NCBI GenBank assembly: GCA_964016885.1
Contig: OZ024743.1
Coordinates: forward strand, 2,170,001-2,234,000
Direction of reading: 5' to 3'
DNA: 64,000 nucleotides
Source: Eledone cirrhosa
Taxonomy: Eukaryota
Position 1 is the stretch's first letter. Each line of letters starts with the position of its first letter. Below, piece by piece: positions 13,625 through 24,448 of this stretch. Below the pieces are notes generated by a model. The model was not told where the DNA came from. It searched no databases and saw only the letters and a list, made by a program, of their open reading frames with translations. A program made the translations under genes and the position numbers.

Positions 13625-13910
13625 TTGATAGGTTTCAGACAGTGTTGGCAAAGGCCATATCAAACTGGATGGCATCACCTGGTGAAGTCTTTCAGATCAT
13701 GGGTTCACAACCTAGTCATATTTTGGACACAGTGGTCTACTCTAGTGAAGAGTTGTTGTTTTCAGAGACATATCCGGATATAGTGGCTTTATCCAAGATT
13801 TCTTGGAGGAATTTGTCCAAGAAACTTTTAAATATTATGGGATCTATTTCTGTCTTGATGTATTTCAGTATGATATTAAAGAGAGCGGGGCCAGTTGTGG
13901 TGAAGTAGTT
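13625..13910 (-). mobile_element. CR1/L2-group LINE 3' end
   Basis: Remnant peptide YFTTTGPALFNIILKYIK...FK..LDKFLQEILDK...GYVSENNNS is typical of the CR1-group ORF2 C-terminus. Inserted between microsatellites. Confidence 0.6.
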
Positions 13911-14082
13911 GTGTCATATTTCTATATATGTATACACACACACACATATATACATATATGTATATACACACACACACACACACATATATCTCTAAAAGAG
14001 TATGCGTATACATATATATCTGTAAAAGAGATGGCCCTCTTCTGTAAAGAAATGGCAGTTATATATATACAAATTGTTTGTA

Positions 14083-14154
<72 letters not shown>

Positions 14155-14355
14155 TATATGATACCTTTATTTTTTCCTCATAAGATGTAATGCTGCTAGG
14201 GAAACAATAGTGTGCAAAGTAGAGCTCCATATATTCATGCGTATGGATGGTTACTGGCGAACTCGCTTGGTATGTCAGTTGCTGTCAGGCAGCCAGTGAG
14301 TAGGTGCTGTACTACATATTCATCACCTTTTCATTTCATCTATGATTACAGAACA

Positions 14356-14670
14356 TGTGGAACAATGATCTAGCATTAAGTTATGCCTAATTCTTGGAGC
14401 TACCCATGTTGAAAGAACTCACAAAATTCATCAAACTTTTCGTGACAGTAACATGGGTGGTACATAAGTAAAAGAATGGTACAACAGGTTCAAAGATGGC
14501 TGCACATCAGTGGGGAGTGACCAGCATGCGAAGGAAGATGGTGGTGGTGTGCTGTCATCAAACTGCAATGCAGTTGTTATTGAGAAAGTGTGGACCTTGA
14601 TAATGGTGGGTCGCTGTTTGACGGTGTGAGAAATTGGTGATAATGTTGGGATCAGTAAAACTTCTGCACA
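14356..14670 (+). mobile_element. Mariner-family transposase N-terminal HTH remnant (pseudogene)
   Basis: EQ*SSIKLCL.LG....VKEWYNRFKDGCTSV...VIEKVWTLIM.GRCLTV*EIGDNVGISKTSAH matches the mariner paired-like HTH, with in-frame stops. Confidence 0.8.
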
Positions 14671-14827
14671 TATATGCATACATACATGTATATATACAAA
14701 TATACATATGGTCATACACATATGTACATATGGATATATTATAAATGAAACAAAAATACAAAATATATTTAAAAAAACAAGAAAACAAGGTAGTAATATT
14801 GTGGAAAGTTTTAAGGAATAAATCAGC

Positions 14828-14868
<41 letters not shown>

Positions 14869-15139
14869 GTTATAGGACCCTGTTAGAGCCAGAACTTAAA
14901 TAGCTTCGCTCTAAAAAAAATAATGTCCTGTGTTGTAAGGTGAAAGGAGATAGGCAAGATAGGTAAATAGACAGAGACAGGCAGAATGTCCAAAAGAAAG
15001 AGGTGAGATTGGGAATGACAGAGGTAGCAAAATGAGAAGGGAAGGTTTTCTATGTACATTTGATAAGTTGAGAAATGGCAGTGGTCCAGATCATGGGTCT
15101 TTTCATTCTTATATGTCTCCAATATCTTACAGTTGTATG

Positions 15140-15192
15140 TATATATATATACACATATAATGAATGTTTGTGTGTATGTATATCTATATATT

Positions 15193-15252
<60 letters not shown>

Positions 15253-15254
15253 TG

Positions 15255-15285
<31 letters not shown>

Positions 15286-15300
15286 ATATATATATATATA
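15140..15300. repeat. (TA)n microsatellite
   Basis: Long, near-perfect TA run. Confidence 0.95.
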
Positions 15301-17780
15301 AATAATCATTTTTCTTCTCATTTCTTCCCAACTATGAAGTTTGGTCATTCTGATTGTAGTAGTGCCTGCCATAATGAGGACTGAAATAGTTAGTCCATGG
15401 ACAAGGATATAATGTAGCAACAAGGAACTTTTGGATACAGAGGAACTTCAGGAATTAAATGAAGAGAATTTTGTGCAGAGGTCAGAGCTCAGCAGTGTGA
15501 AATCTTCACAGTTTAAAAAAGGAAAACTTTACTTTTATTTTATTTTTATCTTCTAGGGAGTGGAGGAGTTTCCTTCTTTTTGCCTGCTCTTTTCTTTCTG
15601 TATCTTTTTAAGTAAAAGTCATTTGGGAATTTAGATGGAAAAAGTGAAGATTGTTAAGAAATCAGGTTTCTGTTTAACATATCTATTATATATATATATC
15701 ATCATCATCATTTAACGTCCATCTTCCACGCTAGCATATATATATATCTATATATATACATATATATAAAGAGGGGTGGGGGGACAGACTCATCTTCTTC
15801 CTTTAATTTTACTACTACAGTTGTCTGACTTGTTGAAACATTCTTGTACAGTGAAATTGTATTCATAATACTAACAGGGTCATATGTACAAATGGGAGAA
15901 ACCTATAACAATTCGCTGCAACTTTTAACAATATGTTCTGTTTGCAAGCTTACACAATATTGGGATTGACCAAAACCATAGTGACATGTGTAGGAATAAC
16001 ACCTAACCATCATTTAATGTGTTGTTGTCCTGTTCACACAGAGAGGCAAGTGCCTGCTTATTATTTACATGTTAAAATATATACAGCTCAGAGTGGATCA
16101 AATTGCTAACACATTAATTTCAGTTCTTATGGTGGTAGTGGGGGTTGTTGTTTAATCCCATGTCTGCTCTGATCGTGTAGACCTATGATCAAAGGCTTTC
16201 CAGCTATGATGACTATCCCGTCATTTCCTTTTGTATAACTATGATTACATAGCCCATGTCATTTCATTTTAAAGACAGTAGTATGTCATTTGATGGATAT
16301 GATATTTAACTGCTATTTTTAGCAGGTCTAACGACCTTATTGAATGTTGTCTTCAATACATAGGAAAATTAGGAGCCATAAAATTACAAAGGAGACAGAT
16401 AATGACAGAAGCTATTCTTGCATTTGGAATTTGTTCTGGCTCAGAATAAATATTTTCGTTTATGTAATTGCATGAAGACAGAACATAGAAACTACACACT
16501 TTTCTAAACTGACAAAACTAAACGTGTGTATATGGCTTCCCTTTAATTTGAATTATTCAATATATGTCTGAAGACTAACAGAAATATTTATTGTGGTAAG
16601 TTTAGAATATTTTAAAGGAAGCTTGAAATAAAGAACCTGAAAACAATAATCTCCCGAAAATAACGATAAAACTCACATCCTTGATTCAGCATTCTCAACT
16701 CTACAAAAATCTTGATTTGAAAATTTACCATTATAGGTAACTTGTTTTGATTCAAACAGTTTTCATTTCTCATGACAATACATAATTTATTATCATATTG
16801 TAAGATATGTTTAGGGTTAACAAATACCATCTAACTTAGATAGCATTCATTATTTCCATCATTCTCATCAAGGAAGTTCCTATCTATAATTTAAATGTTT
16901 ATTCTATTGAAAGGGAGAAAGAGATAAATTAATGCTTTGACAAATTACTAACATCTTAGATTAGCTTTCAGACTATTCCAGAAAAAAACTGCTAAACAAA
17001 CATTAACTAAAAACATGTTAGTAGTTTCATGAGAATAGTTCCTGTCAAATTCATATTTTCATCTCAATCCCATAAAATATTTCCCTTGTGTTGAAAGTTT
17101 TTGTTTGTTTTTTTGTCTTTTTTTTTTGTATTTTTGTTTTAATTTATTTTCTTTTGCAAATCTTCTCTGATACAGATAAGTTGCAATAGTTTGGATCTCT
17201 ATATTCTTTGCAATGTTTGTAACTCAACACTGCTCTCAGTTTTAGAATTATGGATCCATTCCTCATTATTTCTTTATCACATTACAAAACAAATAAAATC
17301 TTATTAATTGAAGTAAACAATAATAATATTTAAAAAAAAATTATAATTATTAATAATAATTGTAACCCGTGAGGTGAAGTTAATTTGATCCTGGTAAGCA
17401 GTTTGTTACTTTTCTGGGTCAGTATACAAGTTGTAGACAGACACCTGGGAGGAAAAGTAACTTGGAACTAAAATGGCAAGAAATTACTGCAATGTTGGCA
17501 GCTATTGTGAGTATCACCCTGTATGATGTTACAGAACTATGCCATTTTTTGTTTTAACTCATATCAATTCTAAAATGCAACATGACTATCACATTTATCT
17601 GTCTTTAGACTGTTGATATAGAATGTAGTTCTTAGATTTGTTAGCCTTCTAGCAATAGTAATAACCCTTCAATTTCACATATGAATGGATGTCTTACATA
17701 TGTTCTTTTATTCTCTTAGGAGGCTTTATTCATTCTTTTTTTTTCTAGAAGATTCTTCAGATACTGATCTTTAATATTTC

Positions 17781-17786
17781 TTTATT
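17781..17786 (-). promoter_or_regulatory. Candidate proximal polyadenylation signal AATAAA for IP6K
   Basis: TTTATT on the + strand about 100 nt past the stop codon. Several further AATAAA hexamers occur downstream, so the true 3' end is uncertain. Confidence 0.25.
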
Positions 17787-17883
17787 GCAACAGTACATAT
17801 TGCTCTGTTTAAAAGAGTTAACAATGAGTATCCTTTGTGGCATAGCTTCTTGGTTTTTTCTTGCATGCTCTACCCAGTTCATA

Positions 17884-18426
17884 TCAGCTGTGGCATTGTT
17901 GGCAAGAAGGAGAATAACGTTCGAGAACTTCATTAAAAGAAAGTATGAGATTACTAAGTCCAAATAAATATCCCTGGTCAGGGCCTCGGTGAGTGATCTT
18001 GTCTTCACGGAACCCACGGTGAGTGGAATGTGCAAAATCAATCATGCGTACTTCCACTTGAGGGTAGTCGTCATGCCACACACGTTTCATTCCATAGGTG
18101 TGTTCCTCTGGCGAACTGTTGTCCAGTAGAGAAGTGTGATGATGATGGTGATGATGATGGTGATGATGATGACGACTGCTACCTGATTCTGTTAAGCCAT
18201 CATACATGACCAGTAACGAGCTGGTGTAGAATCGGAATGTATCTCGCTTTTCAACCATTTTATACAGCTGCTTCAGTCGCCATATAATAGGCTCGATTAA
18301 ATCCAGACGTGCTTCAACGCCATTGTGTAAGAACTTGTACAAGGTCTCTTTAAAACCTTCAACATTCAAAGAACGTCCATCGTACTTGTCTTGGTAGACA
18401 TATTGTCCTTTATCTACATGGTAAAC
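17884..18426 (-). CDS. IP6K: Inositol hexakisphosphate kinase, terminal coding exon (181 codons including stop)
   Basis: Acceptor ttttctttccatag|GTT at 18426. Translation VYHVDKGQYVYQDKYDGRSL...RFYTSSLLVMYDG...VEVRMIDFAHSTHRGF...GPDQGYLFGLSNLI contains the IPK-family SSLL and IDF catalytic motifs. Stop TGA at 17886-17884. Confidence 0.95.
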   Translation of the reverse strand, partial: VYHVDKGQYVYQDKYDGRSLNVEGFKETLYKFLHNGVEARLDLIEPIIWRLKQLYKMVEKRDTFRFYTSSLLVMYDGLTESGSSRHHHHHHHHHHHHTSLLDNSSPEEHTYGMKRVWHDDYPQVEVRMIDFAHSTHRGFREDKITHRGPDQGYLFGLSNLILSFNEVLERYSPSCQQCHS

Positions 18427-18814
18427 CTATGGAAAGAAAAACAGAGATGTGATCAACAAAATCAAAATAAATATTTATATCTTATTTAGACATCATCATC
18501 CTTATCACAGTTTGGCACCTATTTTCCACACTTGGCATGATGTCATACTGAGGCTAGATAGGCAGGTCTGATCACTGTCTTGCTCATACATTGCATTTTG
18601 GCATGGTTTCTACAGCTGGATGCTCTTCCTAACACCAGCCACTTCACAGTGTGTATTGGATTTGTTTTCTTGTGGTACCTAACAGGGTGAACAGAGTGCT
18701 TTTTTCATGGCCCCAACACTACCACTTTATAAAGTTACAAATTTATGGTATGCCACTTAGACAGCACTGAACAGATGTAGCATATTTTTTCAACTGCCTG
18801 ATATGAAAATTAGA

Positions 18815-19169
18815 GAACCCTTTTTAAACATTTTGTTACTAGATTTCTAATTAAAGGAAACTGACTGATTTTCAGAAATATTTGAGAATTTGTAAAGATT
18901 TAATAAAATAACTAGTTCTCTCATTATTAAATAAGTGTTTTGAGCATAGCTTATCAAAATTTTGTATTTACAAGTATGGTGGAAGGTTTTTAGATAAATA
19001 TAAACACTTTAAACAGTTCTCTACCATAGAACAGAGTATCAGGTCGTTTAGTATCAAGAGTTTTTTTCTACCATAGACTAGAGGTAGTCTCAAGCAATTA
19101 GGTATCAAAAGAGTTATTTCTATCATAGACCAGAGGGAGTATCAGGTAGTTTGGTATCAAATGAGTTAA
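18815..19169 (-). mobile_element. Non-autonomous piggyBac-like MITE with an internally triplicated subterminal segment
   Basis: Ends AACCCTTTT ... TTTGGTATCAAATGAGTTAA. It is the reverse complement of the family at 25797-26061, 27891-28135 and 28780-28987. Confidence 0.5.
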
Positions 19170-19343
19170 GTTCAAAGATACAAACTAATGAAAAGCTTTG
19201 TCAATTGCTCAACATCCCTCTTACTTACAATGCCATGGCTCATTAATGGACCTATTCAAAGTAATGACAACAAGGACAATGGCATATGAATTTTCATTCA
19301 TTCAGTATTTAGATCAAATGTCTAATTACAAAAGAAGACAATC

Positions 19344-19659
19344 ATCAGATTGGACCAAAGAAACAATATTTCCACTGGACTTTCCATTGCTGATGCTGTC
19401 TGTTGGTCGACAGATTGGACCAAGGAAACAATGTTTCCATCAGACTTTCCATTGCTGATATTGTCTGATAGTCATCAGACTGGCCTAAGGAGACATTGTA
19501 TACATTGTTTCTCTCCATTGCTGATACTATCTCTTGGTCTTCATATCGAACCAAGGAAAAAATGTTCCAATTGGTTTTTCCATTGTAGATATTGTCTGTC
19601 GGTCATCAGATTAGATCAAAGAGACAACGTTTTTCAATGCTGATACTATCTGCTAGTCA
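19344..19659. repeat. Degenerate ~64-bp minisatellite, 5 copies
   Basis: Unit ATCAGATTGGACCAAGGAAACAATGTTTCCA...TTTCCATTGCTGATATTGTCTG.TAGTC. Confidence 0.85.
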
Positions 19660-19974
19660 CAACTCCTAACAGAAGGAACAATGTGAAATAAAGCATTTTG
19701 CTCAAGAATACACGTCGCATGATCCTGGAATCAAACCCATGACCTTGTTATCGTGAGTTCAACACCCCAAATTCTATGCCACATGCCTTTTAATTAACCC
19801 GATTATTAAATAATTGTTTCTACTTTAGGCACAAGGCCAGCAATTACCCAGTGCATCACTGGTACTTTATTTTATCGACCCCGTAAGGATGAAAGGCAAA
19901 GTCAACCTCGGCGGAATTTGAACTCAGATCGTATGATAAAACAAAAAAGAAACATATTTAAATAATAAACTCAC

Positions 19975-20150
19975 CTTCATTCCACAAACTCTGACACCAA
20001 GAGAACTTGATGTACTTTCTTTACATCGTAAAATCTTTTTCTGTTTCTTCTCTTCAGACTGATCATCTCCATGTTGTCGTGGACCCATCTTAAGATCAAG
20101 AACACAAGGATAATGGAACTTGGCAGCAACATTCTCCAACAATATAAATT
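19975..20150 (-). CDS. IP6K: IP6K internal exon containing the PxxxDxKxG inositol phosphate-binding motif
   Basis: Acceptor atttcttcag|AA and donor AAG|gtgagt. Translation (K)[58 protein letters not shown]. Length 176 nt; phases match both neighbouring exons. Confidence 0.96.
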
Positions 20151-22653
20151 CTGAAGAAATTTGTTAAGGAGCAATTTTGTTAGGGTGCAGTGAGTCATGG
20201 GGACACAGTATGGCCAAATGGTTAAGACGTTCGCTTCACAATCATTAAGTCCCAGATTCGATCAATTATCATAACCTTAGATTAACCCTTGCTTTGTGAG
20301 AGAAACTGAGTAGACAAAAATTGTTTGGAAGCCTGTCGGATGAACTGTACCTGTAATTTAGATGGCCAGCTTTGTCACACACACCTTTTCATCACGAATC
20401 TCCCGGCGGATTACATTAGGAGTATGCATGTTTGTAGAATGCTCAGCCCCTTATATGTTATTTTCATGAAAAAGATGTTCCATTGATTGAACAACTGAAA
20501 CACTCATGGAGGTCCACTCTATTCCATTTTAGTAGGTTGTACAATGGAAATGAAAGGATGAAGTGACGTTACATCAAAAGAAGGGACAAATGTAGAGCCT
20601 CTCTTTAATGTGGTAGTGTCAAGTTGGTCCAGCAGCATTTTGCTACAGGTTTCGTGAAAAATCTAAACCCTTGTCAAAAGCTCACTAAGTGTTATTCCCA
20701 GGTCCACAGTTAGAGAAACAAAGGATGAGTAAACTCCCCTAAGTAAGTAGGATCCCCAGGTGCACAGTTAAATTTAGAAATGAAGAACAAGACCCCTAAG
20801 GTAAAGAATTTACATTTTCTAGCGTAAGCTATTTCACCCTTGTTTTTCTATGATCAATATATCGACACAAATAAAAGTCATTACAGAGAAAATATAGCCA
20901 GTCCTTTTATATAAAAGACATGTCTGTTAAGCTAGTGCTTAAATCTGGCTTTAGAAATAATTAAAGTGGAGGAAAAAGATATCTTTCCACTTCCACTGGA
21001 TAAGATATTAGTCTATTACAACTAACTTCATAGAAAATGTTTGCTAAATATTTTTCTTGGTAAGATAAACTGAAGTAATGTAGAACTAAGTGTTTTACCT
21101 AGAAACAATGAAACATTTGAAGATGTGAGTTCTTCACTCATAAACTAGTCACCTAATATTTTATATACTGAGCTATTTTACTACTTATAATACAGAGTAC
21201 TAGCAAAATTAATTATCCATAGCTAATTAAAAACATTAATAGAACAGACACAGAGACTCCAGTTCGTCATTTATATATCCACTTTTCCACACTTGCATCG
21301 ATTTGGACAAGCCCTTTCCAGAGCAGCTTTCCTTCATCTACACTGTGAAGTTCAGTGTTTTGAGATCAGCTCTAACCACCTCTGCCCAGGTTTTTCTCGA
21401 TCTTCCCCTACTACAGCTTCCTTCCACTAGCATCACTTAGCACTTCTTCACCCACCATTCATCTATATATGATTACAAAACCATATTCCTTTTGGCTACA
21501 CTTGAATATTTATTACCCTATAACATAATAATTGAAAACAATATGGCTCTCAAATTAGATATTAACAATTATATAGAGTAAAATATCATCATCATCATTT
21601 AATGTCCATTTTCGCTGCTAAGAAGGGTTTAACAGGTTGTCAGAGACAAAGTTAGTACTTAATCAGAGCTACAGACCTCTCAAAAGGGGTTGCACTTCCC
21701 TTACATACGTTCTCATTCTTTACTGCGTGCATTTTATCATGGCATCAACATTAGGGAGATCGCCATATCTTTGAGACAACTGAAGAGTCCTCACAACCAT
21801 TTGTTTAGCAAGTTTTCTACAGCTAGATGGCTTTCCTATCACCAACCATTGGACAGAGTGTACTGAGTGCATTTTATAATGGTACCAGCACTAGGGATGT
21901 TGTCCTATCTTTGACACAACTGAGGAGACCTCTCAACACTTTGTTTGACAAGTTTTCAACAGCTGAATGCCATTCCTATCACCAATCATTTACAGAGTGT
22001 ACAAGGTGAATTTTATTGTGGCACCAATACAAATGAGGGCAGTTATGTCAAACTTCCTCATTCATCAGTAGCCAATGGAAGAAGGATGGTTATAGAATGT
22101 GTAGCAATAAAAGTAGTACTCCAGCATGAATGCAGCCTGTAGCTGGTATAGGTAATAGAATCAAACAGTAGTCTGGAAAATGTAAATTCTTAAAGTATTT
22201 AGTTTAATTACAATAACTAACAAAGGGTTGAGCTGTGTCAAAGACATAACTTCCTTAGTATTAGTGCCACAATAAAATGTACCCAATACATTCTGGTTGG
22301 TGATTGGAAGAGCATCCAGCTGTAGAAAGCTTGCCAAACAAAGAGTCGGGCGGACTCTTCAGCTGTGTCAAAGATATAAGTCTTCCTAGAGTTGATGCCA
22401 CAATAAAATATACACAATACATTCTGTAAAGTGGTTGATGCTAGGAAGATCATCCAATCATAGGAAACTTGCTATACAAAAGATTGAGAGGTTTCTTCAG
22501 GTGTATCAATGAAATTACAACTTCCCTAGTACTAATAAAAAGTAGCAACAATGGTGGTGTTCCCACATGGCCTCAGCCCATCGACTGGAAAAGGTAAAAG
22601 AATAAACAAGTAACAGTGTAATACAGAAGAAGGCTATTTGAATAAAAGGATAC
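20151..22653 (-). other. U12-type (minor spliceosome) GT-AG intron of IP6K
   Basis: 5' splice site GTATCCTTTT (22653-22644) and branch site TCCTTAAC (20170-20163), 12 nt upstream of the exon start. Only a short pyrimidine stretch precedes the CAG. Confidence 0.9.
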
Positions 22654-22907
22654 TATAACAATCGGAATGCCCAGATTTCATCAATTTCGACAATTGAACT
22701 TTTGGACATCGTATACTCCACGAAGAATGGAAGTTATCTTGTTGATGAACATCGAATGAATCTTCTTCTTCTTCCTCTTCATCGTCTTCATCATGCTCAT
22801 CCTCATCATCATCATCATCATCATCGGTATGTACTATCTTCTTATCCGCATGAGACGTATTTCGGCGAGGAGCCATATCAAGACTGGAACTTCGCAACAG
22901 ATGGATG
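22654..22907 (-). CDS. IP6K: IP6K internal exon with acidic tract, ending ...WSIRC...SDCY(K)
   Basis: Acceptor tctctttctgtag|C and donor A|gtatcctttt. Length 254 nt, open frame. Joins the next exon to give CYKFILLEN, matching the IP6K 'YKF(I/L)LLEN' motif. Confidence 0.9.
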
Positions 22908-23199
22908 CTACAGAAAGAGATTTTTTTAAATTGTACATAAATACACACACACGTACATATATTCATACATGCACACACACATACGCACATACATAATTTT
23001 TTCATAAAAGCTATTGAAAATATAAAATTAAAATGCATTAGAATAAATGTGCATTTGTTTTTCAGATAATTTTCTAAATACAAAATAATATAATGCTATA
23101 AATATGAAAGTCTGTCCGAAGCTTGGAATCTTATCTGGCTAGTGCTTAGTGCTTATGCTGGTTTAATTGACATAAAGTGACTGAAAGTACAAGGCTTCT

Positions 23200-23660
23200 C
23201 CGCTGGACAGGACACCAGTCCATAACAAAGTTAACCCCCTAACAGCTGCTGGTGCTCATTTTCAGTTGAGTGGACTGGAGCCACATGAAATGAAGTGTTT
23301 TGTTCAAGAACACAACACGCCACCGAGTTCAAGAATTGCACCCAACCCATAACATTACAATCTTGAGTCCAATATCCTAATCAAACCTAAAATGATTTAG
23401 ATCAGCTAAGTAAATAAGATTTAAAACTTAGTAACACACAAGTGAAGATGTATGGCCTAGTGGTTAGAGTGTTGGACTTATGACCATAATGTTGTGTTCG
23501 GTTCTTAGAATGAGTGGTGCATAGTTTTTGAGCAAAACACTTCTGTTCACATTGTTCCAGAACACTCAGCTGATAATGAGTACCAGCAGTAGCTGGGGAG
23601 TTAACTTTAATATAGACTAGTGTCCTGTCCAAAGAGAAGTCTTATACTCAGTCACTTAAC
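23200..23660. mobile_element. Head-to-head inverted pair of tRNA-derived SINEs inside the 823-nt IP6K intron
   Basis: Minus copy at about 23200-23385 (GGACAGGACACCAGTC...TTTTGTTCAAGAAC). Plus copy at about 23450-23660 (TGGCCTAGTGGTTAG...TTTTTGAGCAAAACAC...GACTAGTGTCCTGTCC). Confidence 0.75.
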
Positions 23661-23730
23661 ACCAATGCAACCAAGATAGGCTGGGACATATTTTAACTTC
23701 ACAAGCAAAATGAAATCAAAGAAAATTTAC

Positions 23731-23947
23731 CTGAAAGAACCATTCCTGTCAGACTGTTTCTGTTGTTGTTGCCGGATAAGGCTTTGTGTGGATTCTGTTT
23801 CAGGGTCAGATGATACAACAGGTGAGCACGGTAAAGTAGAGGAACGATGATGTACAGGTGAGTGTTTCTGAGAAAGGGATTTGGGTGGAATACCAACTAG
23901 GGTCACATGACTATCATTATCTTCAATTATCTGTACCTGCATAACAC
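23731..23947 (-). CDS. IP6K: IP6K internal exon, (G)VMQVQIIEDNDSHVTLVGIP...DRNGSF(S)
   Basis: Acceptor gtgttttgaatag|GT and donor AG|gtaaat. Length 217 nt, phase-compatible with the next exon. Resembles the IP6K 'GVVSV..E....L.L.AYP' segment that follows PEYKG. The upstream N-terminal exon (HQVGGH..PEYKG) was not found in the window. Confidence 0.85.
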
Positions 23948-24351
23948 CTATTCAAAACACAATGAAAGAAATAAGGTAAGTCATTTTAAAATCATTCTTC
24001 AAAATGTTCAAACTATCAGCATAACCAGAAGAAAAGCTAAATCAATGATTAACAAAAATTTTTAGAATAAGTACACCATATCCCTACATGTCATAAGTGA
24101 TTAAAAGGATTAATGTAAGGAAGGGCATCTGGATGTAAAACATTGCCTCAAAATGTCCCACTCAACCCATACCAGTGTGAAAAAGTCAACTTCATGTTGA
24201 TGATGATGATGATTTAGTTACACCCAGCGTATCACCAAATGACATGGTGAGAAAGATTGAAACTATTTTTAGGGAACCAACAAATTAAAATTATCTATCA
24301 GGTCATAGAAACCAATGCTACTTATAACCTTTCTATTGTACTGAAATAGGG

Positions 24352-24448
24352 TATAAAAATATTATTATTATACCACCCGAAGGCTATAAAAATATTATTA
24401 TTATACCACCCGAAGGCTATAAAAGTATTATTATTATACCACCCGAAG
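24352..24448. repeat. 33-bp tandem repeat, 3 copies
   Basis: Unit TATAAAAATATTATTATTATACCACCCGAAGGC at 24352, 24385 and 24418. Confidence 0.9.

Noticed and set aside
7141-15423. YI/CV/HT-rich ORFs on both strands
   Set aside because: These are artefacts of (TA)n, (CA)n and (CATA)n microsatellites.
22634-23083. Start and end of the 149-aa ORF as given in the ORF track
   Set aside because: Only 22907-22654 is exonic. The rest is intronic read-through past the splice sites.
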